The notes beneath the pieces were generated by a model. That model saw nothing but the letters and a program-made list of their open reading frames with translations. It had not been told where the DNA came from and did not search any database. The position numbers were made by a program, and so were the translations under genes. A stretch of 64,000 nucleotides of DNA. Origin: an uncultured Alphaproteobacteria bacterium (GTDB lineage: Bacteria; Pseudomonadota; Alphaproteobacteria; UBA3830; JAIRWN01). Positions 19,730 through 30,376 of the stretch are shown here, piece by piece. The stretch lies in NCBI GenBank assembly GCA_964369315.1, contig CAYJEJ010000004.1, positions 4,286-68,285 of the forward strand. The letters run 5' to 3'. Within the stretch, counting starts at the first letter, position 1, and every line of letters begins with the position of its first letter.

Positions 19730-21052
19730 TTATATAAGTTCTTCTTTTGCAGTTTTTGGTGTGCTTAATATTTCGACTATGTCAGAGAATTCCTTTGAGC
19801 TGACATAATTTTCTGCAGCATAAATCCACCTTCTTATAGTGGTGGGAGACGAATCATCCATCATGGATATGTTTTCTTCAAGTGTGGGTTGAAACCTATA
19901 ATACTTGATTTTAGGGTCTGCGGCAGCCAGTGTCAGCATTTGATAATTAACTGTGACGCTAGAGGCATCTAATGTAATATTTGCAAACTTTGATGCCCAA
20001 GAAATGCCTTTCATTGACTGAGAGTCTTCGTATAAAAGAGGGATTTGAGGTCTGCCAGTGCCCAAAGACACAATTAGGTATTCATCGGCTTTTGGGTAAA
20101 GCTTTTTTGCCTCACAGTATGTACACATTGTTGGGTTGTTAGCAAATGACCCTCCATCTATTAAAATATGTTCACGCGTTTCACCATGAGTGTTTGGTTG
20201 GCTGATAGCCTTGGACGGGAGAAAATAAGTTGGTGCGGCTGATGTGCCCCTTGCTACGTCATAATTATAAAAATTATAAAGCTGGTTAGTAGAAGCCTTA
20301 TAGCTCTTGAAGATTTTAGGAGCAGACCGTTCTACATCATATGCGGGGACAATCGTGTCAATAAGGCAACTAGAAAACAAAGCTTTACCATATATTGATT
20401 GGAGTTTGTTATATATGATGTCTGAGTTATATCGGGGGTTCCACACACCACCAAAACTAAACCAATTTGGGTCAAAAAATTCTGCCCCCTGCGTTGAATA
20501 TGTGTTGAGAAAGTATGATGCTGGGTACTTAGGTTGTGAAGAGTTTTCTTCGTTTGGTTGAGTTAATCCGAGTGCAATCAACCCACCTGTAGAGGTTCCT
20601 GCAACCATATTAAACATCTCGGAGACGGATTTACCGGTACGTTCTTCTAGTCTTGTTGCTGTATATGATGGAATGATGCCGCGTAGCCCTCCACCATCAA
20701 TACACAGTACTCTGGCCTGTTTTTTGGGTTGATTTGGCTCAATGAGGCTTTCATCTATGTCTGTAGAGGAAGGAATTTCTTTTAATAATTCTGACAAATC
20801 TTCCAATGAAGAAACTGGTAAAGAAAGTCTTGCTCTTCCATTTTGTTTATTAGGAGCATTACGAAATCCAGTTCTTTTTTTGGGACATGATGTATTCAAT
20901 TCTTCAGTTTTATGGCGAGTGATTTGCATTTCAGAAGGTGATTCTAAAGAAGTTACATTAACTATATTTAACTTTCCTTGGGTTGAAGCGGAAGATGTAT
21001 TGAGGGCTAATACAGAAAAAATTGTGGAAATTAAGAGCATTTGTTTTGTCAT
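19730..21052 (-). CDS. patatin-like phospholipase with N-terminal signal peptide
   Basis: Oxyanion CIDGGGLRG (GGGxRG). Nucleophile GTSTGG (GxSxG). Catalytic Asp motif LIDGGSFANNP (DGG). N-terminus MTKQMLLISTIFSVLALNTSSAS. Confidence 0.85.
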   Translation of the reverse strand: MTKQMLLISTIFSVLALNTSSASTQGKLNIVNVTSLESPSEMQITRHKTEELNTSCPKKRTGFRNAPNKQNGRARLSLPVSSLEDLSELLKEIPSSTDIDESLIEPNQPKKQARVLCIDGGGLRGIIPSYTATRLEERTGKSVSEMFNMVAGTSTGGLIALGLTQPNEENSSQPKYPASYFLNTYSTQGAEFFDPNWFSFGGVWNPRYNSDIIYNKLQSIYGKALFSSCLIDTIVPAYDVERSAPKIFKSYKASTNQLYNFYNYDVARGTSAAPTYFLPSKAISQPNTHGETREHILIDGGSFANNPTMCTYCEAKKLYPKADEYLIVSLGTGRPQIPLLYEDSQSMKGISWASKFANITLDASSVTVNYQMLTLAAADPKIKYYRFQPTLEENISMMDDSSPTTIRRWIYAAENYVSSKEFSDIVEILSTPKTAKEELI

Positions 21053-21187
21053 ATTATCTCCAATATTAATTTAACAAGTAATAATTTTGACAAAAAATAG
21101 TTAATATTTGATAAATAATTAATCAAGAATTAAGGTATTTTATAAAAATATGGTCTATATAAAAAATCTATGCCTAGATTAGATGCT

Positions 21188-22585
21188 CTAACGTGCAGTG
21201 TGAATAGGTTTAAGGTCAAACGCTCTTAATATTGAGTTTAATTTTTGAACAATATCATTCAGGTCATCTTTTGTTGTGCTTTCAGCTCGTATTACAATTG
21301 CTGCTTCAGTATTCGATGCCCTGATAAGCCACCAACCTTTTGGTGTTGATACCCGAATGCCATCGATGAGGTTAATTTTTTCGTCACCTGTTTTTTGTTT
21401 GCAAAATTGGGTTAATATAGAGTCAACTATACTAAATTTGAGACTATCCTCACAGCGGATGTGCGTTTCGGGTACGGCATATGTTTTTGGTAGGCTTTGA
21501 AAAATCGTGCTTAAGGACACTTTTTCTTTTGATAACAGCTCAATCACCCGAATTGCTGCATAAATTCCGTCATCAAAACCGAACCATCTATCTGCAAAAA
21601 ACATATGCCCGCTCAGCTCACCAGCTAGGGGGGATTTTTCTTTCAACATTGCCTCTTTGATAAACGGGTGTCCTGTTCGAGACATGATGGGCTCTGCACC
21701 GATTGATTGAAGTTTTTCTATTAAGTAATCGCTACACTTAACATCGACGATAATCTTTGACTTTGGTTGGCGAGTTAAGATGTCTTTCGATATTATATAA
21801 AGCAACTGGTCGCCACTTATCATTTGCGTCTTATCGTCGAGTATGACCACCCTGTCACCATCGCCATCAAATGCAATCCCTAGGTCGCAGTTGTGAGTTA
21901 GTATTGTTTCTTTCAAATGATGTAAATTTTCTGATTTGGTTGGGTCAGATGGACGTGAAGGGAAGTTGCCGTCAACATCACCTCCAACGACAAAGTGCGT
22001 CCCTGTTATATTATCGGTTAATTTTTTGATTAAAACCCCTGTTGCACCATTGCCGCAATCCCATGCGATTTTTAAGCTTTTCTTGAAAGAAATCTCTTTA
22101 AAAGCAAGTGTAATATAGCTATCGATGATATCGATGTTTTTTATCTGTCCTTTTGGAATATTTGACGAAGGCGTTTGGCTTTTTATCTTTTCTGTCAGCG
22201 AGAGGATTTGCTCGCCAAAAAAGGGACTTTTCCCCAACATAAACTTAAAGCCGTTGTGCGATTTTGGGTTATGTGAACCCGTGACGATAATCCCGCCATC
22301 GGGACATGTCGTATGCACAGTGAAATATAAAAGCGGCGTTGGGACAAGCCCGATGTCGACAACATTCACGCCTGATGATGTGACGCCTTCTATTAAGTGT
22401 TTTGTTAATATCGGGGAGGATAATCTTCCATCTCTTGCGATGGCGATGGTCTTTCCGCCTGAATTAAGCACATGTTCTGCAAAGGCTTTACCGATGAGAA
22501 AGGCATCGTCCTCAAACAAGGTCATGCCGAACTCTCCGCGTATGTCGTATTGCCGAAATATATTGTGGTTTAAGATATGTGTCAT
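21188..22585 (-). CDS. phosphomannomutase/phosphoglucomutase (alpha-D-phosphohexomutase family)
   Basis: Active-site serine loop TGSHNPKSHNGFKF. Mg-binding AFDGDGDRV. Sugar-binding GELSGH. Confidence 0.9.
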   Translation of the reverse strand: MTHILNHNIFRQYDIRGEFGMTLFEDDAFLIGKAFAEHVLNSGGKTIAIARDGRLSSPILTKHLIEGVTSSGVNVVDIGLVPTPLLYFTVHTTCPDGGIIVTGSHNPKSHNGFKFMLGKSPFFGEQILSLTEKIKSQTPSSNIPKGQIKNIDIIDSYITLAFKEISFKKSLKIAWDCGNGATGVLIKKLTDNITGTHFVVGGDVDGNFPSRPSDPTKSENLHHLKETILTHNCDLGIAFDGDGDRVVILDDKTQMISGDQLLYIISKDILTRQPKSKIIVDVKCSDYLIEKLQSIGAEPIMSRTGHPFIKEAMLKEKSPLAGELSGHMFFADRWFGFDDGIYAAIRVIELLSKEKVSLSTIFQSLPKTYAVPETHIRCEDSLKFSIVDSILTQFCKQKTGDEKINLIDGIRVSTPKGWWLIRASNTEAAIVIRAESTTKDDLNDIVQKLNSILRAFDLKPIHTAR

Positions 22586-22718
22586 CGTTCGGACATGATA
22601 AATGCATTATGGGTGCGTTGTAAAATAATTTTTGAGGATAAGGGGATTGTTTTATTAAAAATTATCTTGACTTGGAGATATTTCTGGATACTCTCTAGAG
22701 CATGGTTTGACCTTTTTT

Positions 22719-22794
22719 GGGCCTGTAGTTCAGCGGTTAGAACCCTCCGCTCATAACGGAGCTGTCGTAGGTTCGAGTCCTACCGGGCCCACCA
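22719..22794 (+). tRNA. tRNA with CAT anticodon (elongator Met or lysidine-modified Ile2; not initiator)
   Basis: GGGCCTG/CGGGCCC acceptor stem (G1-C72 paired, so not fMet). CTCCG-CTCATAA-CGGAG anticodon arm. GTAGG-TTCGAGT-CCTAC T arm. Encoded CCA. Confidence 0.85.
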
Positions 22795-22844
22795 TTGTCT
22801 TTAAAATTATTTTATTATCGCTTTGGCATTAGCAGTTTTATTGT

Positions 22845-23477
22845 CTATGTTTTATTACAAGTTTTAAAGCTTGGACACAGGTCTTTTAAGCAGCATTCAT
22901 TACAACTAGGGCTTTTGGCTTTGCAGACATAACGCCCATGTAATACTAACAAAGAATTGGCGAGATGGCGGAGCTTTTTTGGTGTCAAGGCTTCTAGCTC
23001 TTCTGACATTTCATTTGGTGTTTTAGCTGATGATAGCTCGAGCCTATGGGACACTCTTAACACGTGTGTGTCCACACCAATATATGGCAGGTTGAACCCG
23101 TCTGCCAGCACGACCTTGGCCGTTTTTATCCCCACCCCAGCCAACTTGGTTAAATCACTTATGTTGTTAGGAACCTTTGAGTTAAATTCTTCGACAAGCG
23201 ATTTGCTGAGGAGCACTAGGTTTTTAGCTTTTGTTTTATAAAGACCAATCGATTTTATTATTGATTTAATTTTTTCTTCGCCCAAATCGAGCATCTGTTT
23301 TGGGGTGTTTGCTAAGGGGAAAAGCTTTGCTGTGACTAAATTGACCCTTTTATCAGTAGTTTGTGCAGAGAGCATCACGGCGACTAATAAAGTGTATTCA
23401 TCTGAAAAATTCAGCTCTATTTTGGGGTTGGGATTGTTTTCTAATAACCTTGAGAGTATGACCTCGATTTTGTTCAT
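22845..23477 (-). CDS. nth: endonuclease III
   Basis: HhH-GPD region LTKLAGVGIKTAKVV. C-terminal 4Fe-4S cluster CKAKSPSCNECCLKDLC (Cx6Cx2Cx5C). Confidence 0.9.
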   Translation of the reverse strand: MNKIEVILSRLLENNPNPKIELNFSDEYTLLVAVMLSAQTTDKRVNLVTAKLFPLANTPKQMLDLGEEKIKSIIKSIGLYKTKAKNLVLLSKSLVEEFNSKVPNNISDLTKLAGVGIKTAKVVLADGFNLPYIGVDTHVLRVSHRLELSSAKTPNEMSEELEALTPKKLRHLANSLLVLHGRYVCKAKSPSCNECCLKDLCPSFKTCNKT

Positions 23478-23719
23478 CTTTTGATTAAGTCTGTGAATTT
23501 CTCAAATTATAAATGCTGGTTGATGAAAAATAAAGCTTTCAAATTAAAACTATGATAAAATATGGATATGTAACGTATTGCTTATAGTCTATTTTTAATA
23601 CAGTGTTAGCTATAAGTTGATATACCACGATGAAAAGTATCTACGAACACTTTGGAATAATTGAATTTGTTTGTGCAAAGCGTTGCTCTTATCAAGAATT
23701 ATTTAAGTATTGTTGGTGA

Positions 23720-25696
23720 ATGATGGAGAGGTTTTTACTAAAAAGTGATTATAAGCCCGCGGGCGACCAGCCAAAGGCGATTGCTGACATTACGCAAGGT
23801 TTCCAAAGTGGCAGGAAGAGGGAGCAGGTTTTACTTGGCGTGACAGGGTCAGGAAAGACTTTTACTATGGCAAATGTTATATCAAACTTGAATTGTCCCG
23901 CCTTAATAATGGCACCGAATAAAACCTTGGCAGCTCAAATTTATGAGGAAATGAAGGGGTTTTTCCCAGATAATGCGGTTGAGTATTTTGTCTCTTACTA
24001 TGATTATTATCAGCCTGAGGCATATGTCCCCAGAACCGACACATTCATAGAAAAAGAAGCCACAATTAACGCACAAATAGACAGAATGCGACACAGTGCC
24101 ACACAGTCTTTATTAGAAAGGCGTGACGTTATAGTTGTTGCCAGTGTGTCGTGTATATATGGCATTGGCTCGCCCGAATCTTATGGCGAAATGGTTGTTG
24201 CGATTTATAAAAATGACCTAATAAACAGGGAAAAACTCATTCAACAGCTCATTTCAATGCAATACACTCGCTCAGACCTTTATTTAGAAAGGGGGCACTT
24301 CAGGGTTAATGGAGATGTGATAGATATCTTTCCTTCTCATATGGAGGATAAGGCTTTTCGGGTTGAGCTGTTTGATGATGAGGTTGAAAACCTCTCAATT
24401 ATCGACCCCCTGTCCTCAAAGAGCCAAGGCTATGTTGATATGTTAAAAATATATGCCAACAGCCATTATGTCACGTCACGCGATGTTGTTTTAAGGGCGA
24501 TAACGCACATCAAACAAGAACTTGACGAGAGGATTGAGCAGTTTGAAAAAGCAGGGCAATTGATTGAAGCTCAACGTGTTAAGGAAAGGATAAAACTAGA
24601 CCTAGAAATGCTGGAGCTCACAGGACACTGTCGTGGGATTGAGAATTATTCAAGGTATTTAACTGGGAGGAGTGCAGGCGAGCCACCACCAACTTTGTTC
24701 GAATATTTACCCAAAGATGCCTTATTAATCGTTGATGAAAGCCACGTTTCAGTTCCTCAGATTGGGGCGATGTATGTTGGGGACAGGCAACGAAAACAAA
24801 ACCTTGTCCACTATGGTTTTAGGCTTCCCTCTTGCGTTGATAATAGACCTCTCAAATTTGATGAGTGGGACGGGATGAGACCGAAGAGCCTTTTTGTGTC
24901 TGCAACGCCCAGCAAATGGGAGCTGGAACAGGTAGGGGGCGAGGTGATAGAACAAATCATCAGACCGACGGGTTTACTAGACCCAGAATGCTTTGTAAGA
25001 CCAACAAAAAATCAAGTAGATGACTTGATTGATGAGTGCTCAAAGGTGATAAAAAACGGTCATAGAGTGTTGGTGACCACATTAACCAAGCGTATGGCAG
25101 AGGATTTGACGAAATATCTTACGGAATCTGGGCTGAGGGTGACCTATTTGCATTCAGATGTTGATACGCTGGAGCGAATAGAAATCATTAAAAGTCTAAG
25201 AAGCGGTGAAGTGGATATTTTGGTGGGAATAAACCTTCTTAGGGAGGGGCTAGACGTTCCAGAATGTGGGTTGGTTGCGATATTAGATGCGGATAAAGAG
25301 GGTTTTTTGCGGTCAAAAACGTCCCTCGTGCAGACGATAGGTCGTGCGGCGAGAAATGTTTTTGGAAAGGTCGTTTTATATGCGGACAAAGTGACAGAGT
25401 CGATGCGTTATGCCATGGAGGAAACATCCCGTAGACGAGAGATTCAAAGAAATTATAACGAAAAAAATAATATAACTCCAGAAAGCGTAAAAAAAACCAT
25501 TTCAAAGAATGCCTTGGGTCAAGATGGTGAAAAAAATGTTTCTGATGAAAGGTCTGTTGAGTCAGATAAAGAATTGAAAAAGAAAATAGAATCCCTTAAG
25601 AAGAAAATGAAGCAACATGCCTATAATATGGAGTTTGAGCTGGCTGCAAAGTGCAGGGATAAGTTGGCGGAGCTTGAAAAACTTTGTTTGAAGTGA
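23720..25696 (+). CDS. uvrB: excinuclease ABC subunit B
   Basis: [11 protein letters not shown]. Walker [21 protein letters not shown] beta-hairpin. DESH box. C-terminal UVR domain ([16 protein letters not shown]). Confidence 0.97.
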   Translation: MMERFLLKSDYKPAGDQPKAIADITQGFQSGRKREQVLLGVTGSGKTFTMANVISNLNCPALIMAPNKTLAAQIYEEMKGFFPDNAVEYFVSYYDYYQPEAYVPRTDTFIEKEATINAQIDRMRHSATQSLLERRDVIVVASVSCIYGIGSPESYGEMVVAIYKNDLINREKLIQQLISMQYTRSDLYLERGHFRVNGDVIDIFPSHMEDKAFRVELFDDEVENLSIIDPLSSKSQGYVDMLKIYANSHYVTSRDVVLRAITHIKQELDERIEQFEKAGQLIEAQRVKERIKLDLEMLELTGHCRGIENYSRYLTGRSAGEPPPTLFEYLPKDALLIVDESHVSVPQIGAMYVGDRQRKQNLVHYGFRLPSCVDNRPLKFDEWDGMRPKSLFVSATPSKWELEQVGGEVIEQIIRPTGLLDPECFVRPTKNQVDDLIDECSKVIKNGHRVLVTTLTKRMAEDLTKYLTESGLRVTYLHSDVDTLERIEIIKSLRSGEVDILVGINLLREGLDVPECGLVAILDADKEGFLRSKTSLVQTIGRAARNVFGKVVLYADKVTESMRYAMEETSRRREIQRNYNEKNNITPESVKKTISKNALGQDGEKNVSDERSVESDKELKKKIESLKKKMKQHAYNMEFELAAKCRDKLAELEKLCLK

Positions 25697-25855
25697 GGTG
25701 TTTCGTGATGCTTTTTTGCAACAGTGGAAATATAAAAACACATTATTAACTATTTAAATATTGATTTGTGTTATTCCTAGGTTTATAACAGACTAGATTG
25801 TAAAGACATTTTGTTTTTATCTAGTTAGTTGTTTTGTTTTATACGGAGATTAAAA

Positions 25856-26533
25856 ATGAAAATAAAATATTTAGCTTTATCAAGTGTTTTGTTAGTAAGC
25901 GTAGCCTTTGCGGGTGAGCGTGGTGATGTTGCAAACCATGCTGCTCCTGTTGAGCATGAAGCTGGTTGTGAAGATTCAGGTGATTTCACTGGTTTGTTTG
26001 CAGGTGCAGGTGCAGGGATTGATTTTAACACAATCAAAGTTAGCGATTCTAGTTCCAAGACCCTTGTCGATAAGACTCCAACATCTTTTGGTGTCGTTGC
26101 TTTGTTCGGTTATGGTCATACCCTAGAAAACCGTGTACATGTCGGTGGTGAGGCAAGTCTTGCTGCTAAGTTCAGCTCAGATGAAGCTGGTGCAAAAGCT
26201 AAGTCTGTGAATTATGGCTTTTTTGCAAAAGTAGGTTACGACTTTGATAATGCACCGATTCTTCTTGGTGGTCTCTTAGGTTTTGGCAACTCTGGTGTTG
26301 AATACAAAAAAGACAAACATGAGATTAGCGGTAGCAAAGTTAGACCTCAGGCAGGTGCTTTTGCTCAGTATAAAGTTGGTGATGGTTGTAGTGTTCGTGC
26401 TGATGTCATATACTCCTTCAAATCTGACAATACTGAAACAAACAAAGTTGCAAATCAGGTTGCTCCAAACAAGAGCCTTAAGTGGGAGAATAAGAAGTGG
26501 GGCGTTCGTGCGATGGTCGTTTATAACTTCTAA
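25856..26533 (+). CDS. outer-membrane beta-barrel protein (OMP_b-brl/OmpA-like porin family)
   Basis: Signal peptide MKIKYLALSSVLLVSVAFA. Alternating amphipathic strands. C-terminal aromatic signature VVYNF. ATG at 25856 is preceded by GGAGA (the track start at 25829 is upstream). Followed by a strong terminator. Confidence 0.7.
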   Translation: MKIKYLALSSVLLVSVAFAGERGDVANHAAPVEHEAGCEDSGDFTGLFAGAGAGIDFNTIKVSDSSSKTLVDKTPTSFGVVALFGYGHTLENRVHVGGEASLAAKFSSDEAGAKAKSVNYGFFAKVGYDFDNAPILLGGLLGFGNSGVEYKKDKHEISGSKVRPQAGAFAQYKVGDGCSVRADVIYSFKSDNTETNKVANQVAPNKSLKWENKKWGVRAMVVYNF

Positions 26534-26556
26534 TTGCTTCGGCATATTACTTTAAA

Positions 26557-26582
26557 AAGCCTCCTTCAAGGGGGCTTTTTTA
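26557..26582 (+). terminator. rho-independent terminator after the OMP gene
   Basis: AAGCCTCC-TTCAA-GGGGGCTT hairpin followed by TTTTTT. Confidence 0.8.
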
Positions 26583-26655
26583 TTGAGAAAATTTTATGTG
26601 ATGATTTTTTGTATTTGTAGTAAACTCATTGATAATTTTTATGAGGTTGAAATAA

Positions 26656-27078
26656 ATGAACTTGTTGAAAAATATATTTGTATCGCTCTTATTGATGGCG
26701 TTGATTGGCTGCCAGCCTAGTATTAATAATTCTGGTAATCGGTGCGATTCGGAAGACCTCAAAACGCTGAAGGTCGGTATTCATAATATTGATGATGTCT
26801 ATTCGATTTTGGGCACACCATCTTTTAAATTTTCTTCAGAGAGGGTGATGTATTTGGGGAGAAACCTCAAACACGTAGCGTTTTTTAGACCCACGGTTTC
26901 AGATGAAGTCGCGGTAGTTGTCAGTTTCAATCAATATGGCTTATTGAAAGGATATGAAATTGTGAAGTTGTCACCCAAAAATATCAACCCTGACCAAACA
27001 GTTACTCCCGTTCAGGGGACGGGACGTAATACGGCTGACCATATTCTTGATAACCTTCATAAAAAAACGAACAAATGA
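26656..27078 (+). CDS. bamE: outer-membrane protein assembly factor BamE (SmpA/OmlA lipoprotein)
   Basis: Lipobox LIGCQPS. SmpA_OmlA-type block LKVGIHNIDDVYSILGTPSF. Alpha-type C-terminal TPVQGTGRN extension. Confidence 0.75.
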   Translation: MNLLKNIFVSLLLMALIGCQPSINNSGNRCDSEDLKTLKVGIHNIDDVYSILGTPSFKFSSERVMYLGRNLKHVAFFRPTVSDEVAVVVSFNQYGLLKGYEIVKLSPKNINPDQTVTPVQGTGRNTADHILDNLHKKTNK

Positions 27079-27111
27079 TAGGAGTTGTTTGTTAAATAAG
27101 GGGGCTGTGAT

Positions 27112-28566
27112 TTGATACAGTTTAGTTTGGTATTTTATCAATTTAGCTTTTTATTGTTTATTATGGCGGGTGCGATGTTGGTGCCTGCCTTTGTTTTGTT
27201 TTTTTCGGGTTTAGACTCTTGTTTGGGTTTTTTTTATGGTTCATTGATTACAGTTTTTTTTGGAGCATTGTTATTTTTTGGCAATAGGGGAAATGATAAT
27301 GAGGCTTGTTTCAGTATAAAAGATTCTTACTTTTTAACAGTATTATCTTGGGGCGGGGTTTCGGTCTTTTCTGCGATACCATTGTTTCTTTCAGAGCTTT
27401 CTATTAGTTACCTAGATTGTTATTTTGAAGTGGTCTCCGCAATCACAACAACAGGCTCGACAATTATCTATAATCTTGATGGCGTCTCAGATGGTGTTTT
27501 GCTCTGGCGGGCACTATTACAATGGTTTGGTGGAATTGGAATAATAGTCACGGCAATAGGGTTGATACCGAATTTGAAAGGGGGAGGCTCTCACCTTTTT
27601 AAAAGTGAATTTACCGAGAGAACAGAAAAAATTTTGCCGAAATTTCATCAATACACAAGACAGCTTTTTATAATTTATTGTGCCTTAACATTAATCGTGA
27701 TGTTTTTATTATTAATTTTTGGCATGTCGTTTTTTGATGCGATATTTTATTCTATGACAAGCCTTTCTACAGGTGGGATGTCTAGCTCCAGCATGGGCTT
27801 GGGGGCTTATGATGGAATGGGTGTAGATATGGTTGTGGCATTTGGCTGTTTTTTGGGTTCTATTTCACTGGTGTTGTTCTTGAAGGGTGTGAAAACCGAC
27901 TTTAAATCACTCTTGCAAGACAGCCAGTTAAGGTTTTTCATCTCTATCATATTGGTGTCAGTTTTGGTTTTGACCGCTTGGGCTGTTTATGTGAAAGGTT
28001 TGTCATTAGAAGATGCTTTTATTAATGCCCTAACCTTTACGGTTTTTAGCTCGTCTACGGCAGGATTTTCAGTTGATGGAATGTCAACCATGGGTGCGTT
28101 GCCGGTGGTTTTTATGTGCATTTTGTCCTTTATAGGGGGGTGTTCAGGTTCAACGACTGGTGGGGTGAAGGTGTTTAGGGTACAAACCTTGATAGCCTTA
28201 GTACGGTCTTGTTTGCATAAACAATATTCCCCAAATTCTTTGATTATTCCAAAATATTTTGGAGGAAAATTAAAAGATGAGGATATATTAGGCATTGTGA
28301 TATTTTTTGCCTGTTATTTAGCGACAATTTTTGTTACGGTAGCGGGAATTTCTGTCTGTGACGTTGAATTTGGGCAAGCTTTTAGTGCGGTCTTTACTAG
28401 TATCACCAACTATGGTGTCTCGTTTGGCGGGGGTGAGCTAGCCAGTGCTGTTCAGCTTGCAGCTTTGCCTGTTTTTGCCAAAATTTGTCTCATGTTTGCG
28501 ATGATTGTTGGCAGGTTAGAGTGTTTGGTTGTGATGGCTGTTTTCTCAGCTTCTTTTTGGAAGTGA
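27112..28566 (+). CDS. trkH: TrkH family potassium uptake protein
   Basis: 484 aa, polytopic. Repeated selectivity-filter-like segments (TTTGSTI, LSTGGMS, SSSTAGFS, GGCSGSTTGGVKVFR). TTG start. Confidence 0.9.
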   Translation: MIQFSLVFYQFSFLLFIMAGAMLVPAFVLFFSGLDSCLGFFYGSLITVFFGALLFFGNRGNDNEACFSIKDSYFLTVLSWGGVSVFSAIPLFLSELSISYLDCYFEVVSAITTTGSTIIYNLDGVSDGVLLWRALLQWFGGIGIIVTAIGLIPNLKGGGSHLFKSEFTERTEKILPKFHQYTRQLFIIYCALTLIVMFLLLIFGMSFFDAIFYSMTSLSTGGMSSSSMGLGAYDGMGVDMVVAFGCFLGSISLVLFLKGVKTDFKSLLQDSQLRFFISIILVSVLVLTAWAVYVKGLSLEDAFINALTFTVFSSSTAGFSVDGMSTMGALPVVFMCILSFIGGCSGSTTGGVKVFRVQTLIALVRSCLHKQYSPNSLIIPKYFGGKLKDEDILGIVIFFACYLATIFVTVAGISVCDVEFGQAFSAVFTSITNYGVSFGGGELASAVQLAALPVFAKICLMFAMIVGRLECLVVMAVFSASFWK

Positions 28567-28576
28567 AGGTTTTTTT

Positions 28577-29548
28577 ATGAGCGAATTAAAAATAGGTATT
28601 ATTTTCCCAGGTCAAGGTGTGCAAAAAACTGGGATGGGGCGGTGGCTTTTTGATAATTTTGCGTCTGCGAAGGACGTTTTTAATGAAGTTGATGACGCAC
28701 TGAACATGAAACTGTCAGATATAATGTTTTTGCCTGATAATGCCGAGCTATTAAAACGCACAGAAAATGCTCAACCTGCAATAATGACAGTTGGTATGGC
28801 TGCGTTGAATGTCTTAAAATGCGACTTTAACATAGATATCACGAGAACAGCCACGATGTTTGCAGGACATTCATTAGGGGAATATACCGCTTTGGTTGCA
28901 GGCGGAATGTTTAGCTTGGTGGATGGGGCGAGATTGCTGAAAAACCGCGGTCTGGCAATGATTTCATCTGTGTCAGAGGGTAAAGGGGCAATGGTTGCCA
29001 TCTTGGGTATACAAGATGTCGCCGTATTAGAGGAAATAGCTGTTGAATCATCTAAGAACGGGCAGGTCTGCGAAATCGCCAATGATAATTGCCTTGGGCA
29101 GGTTGTCTTGAGCGGGCATGTTGAAGCGATAAATAATGCAATTGTCCTTGCTAAAAGCAAAGGTGCAAGGTCTACAGTTCTATTAGATGTTCAGGTGCCG
29201 TCACATTGCAGCTTAATGGCGGGTGCGTCAGAAATTATGAGAGAGAGGCTTGATGAGACGAATAAAAATGAATTGTTAGTCCCTGTTGTCCAAAACGTTA
29301 CTGCAAGGGCAGAGTCTGATGTGGAGGTTATTACAAAAAATCTTGTGCTACAAATGACCGCCCGTGTAAAATGGCGTGAAAGTATGGAATATTTAAGGCA
29401 TCAAGGCATTAACAAGATTATAGAGGTTCCTGTGGGGACAGTATTAAAAGGGCTCGCAAAAAGGACAATTCCTGATGTTGAAGTGTTCAGCATGAATGAT
29501 ATACAAGAACTAGAGCGAGTAGCAATTTTATTAGATGATTTGAGGTAG
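28577..29548 (+). CDS. fabD: ACP S-malonyltransferase
   Basis: FPGQGVQKTGMG start and active-site GHSLGEY. Confidence 0.95.
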   Translation: MSELKIGIIFPGQGVQKTGMGRWLFDNFASAKDVFNEVDDALNMKLSDIMFLPDNAELLKRTENAQPAIMTVGMAALNVLKCDFNIDITRTATMFAGHSLGEYTALVAGGMFSLVDGARLLKNRGLAMISSVSEGKGAMVAILGIQDVAVLEEIAVESSKNGQVCEIANDNCLGQVVLSGHVEAINNAIVLAKSKGARSTVLLDVQVPSHCSLMAGASEIMRERLDETNKNELLVPVVQNVTARAESDVEVITKNLVLQMTARVKWRESMEYLRHQGINKIIEVPVGTVLKGLAKRTIPDVEVFSMNDIQELERVAILLDDLR

Positions 29549-29550
29549 AG

Positions 29551-30288
29551 ATGTTTGATTTATCAAAAAAAATAGCGTTTATAACAGGTGCGACAGGGGA
29601 TATTGGCTCGGCTATTGCGAGAAAATTTCATAAGCTGGGTGCCACGGTTGTTCTTTCAGGCACAAATGAAAAAGTCTTGATGCAACTGAAAGAAGAGCTT
29701 TCTAGCAATGTGTATTGTTATTGTCTCAATTTATCAGATACTGCTCAAATCATGAAAACTTGTTCCCAGATTGAGGCTGAAGTTGGCGTGATAGAAATAT
29801 TGGTCAACAATGCAGGCATCACTAAGGACGGGCTGTTCATGCGTATGCGAGAGAGTGCTTGGCAAGATGTAATAGATATCAACCTAACCGCTCCATTTAC
29901 ATTGAGCCGAGAGGTGATAAAAGGCATGATAAAAATGCGTAAAGGTCGCATTATTAACATATCGTCGATTGTTGGTCTTGCAGGCAATCATGGACAGGTG
30001 AATTACTCAGCCGCAAAAGCTGGAGTAATAGGGATGACAAAGTCCATTGCACTGGAAGTTGCAGGTCGTGGCATAACCGCAAACTGTGTTGCACCTGGGT
30101 TTATTAAATCTGCTATGACCGATAAGCTAGATGACACACAAAAAGAAAACCTTGTGAAAAACATCCCAATGCTGAAAATTGGCATGCCAGACGATGTAGC
30201 CGCTGCCACTTCGTTTTTAGCGAGTGATGAGGCTTCTTATATTACTGGGCAAACAATTCATGTTAATGGCGGAATGTTAATGGTTTGA
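29551..30288 (+). CDS. fabG: 3-oxoacyl-ACP reductase
   Basis: SDR motifs TGATGDIGSAIA, NNAGIT, YSAAKAG. C-terminal ASYITGQTIHVNGGM. Confidence 0.95.
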   Translation: MFDLSKKIAFITGATGDIGSAIARKFHKLGATVVLSGTNEKVLMQLKEELSSNVYCYCLNLSDTAQIMKTCSQIEAEVGVIEILVNNAGITKDGLFMRMRESAWQDVIDINLTAPFTLSREVIKGMIKMRKGRIINISSIVGLAGNHGQVNYSAAKAGVIGMTKSIALEVAGRGITANCVAPGFIKSAMTDKLDDTQKENLVKNIPMLKIGMPDDVAAATSFLASDEASYITGQTIHVNGGMLMV

Positions 30289-30376
30289 TGAAAATAATTG
30301 TTGCATTTTGTTGTGTAATTTTTGTAACTTTTAATGTATCGTTTACAATTAGCTTTTATTTATTAGGGTTTTTTAG

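Noticed and set aside
23630-23719. 29-codon upstream ORF (MKSIYEHFGIIEFVCAKRCSYQELFKYCW) whose TGA stop abuts the uvrB ATG.
   Set aside because: It has no Shine-Dalgarno sequence, and it is too short to assess. Such ORFs arise easily by chance in a 240-bp AT-rich spacer. I also found no alphaproteobacterial SOS box (GTTC-N7-GTTC) here.
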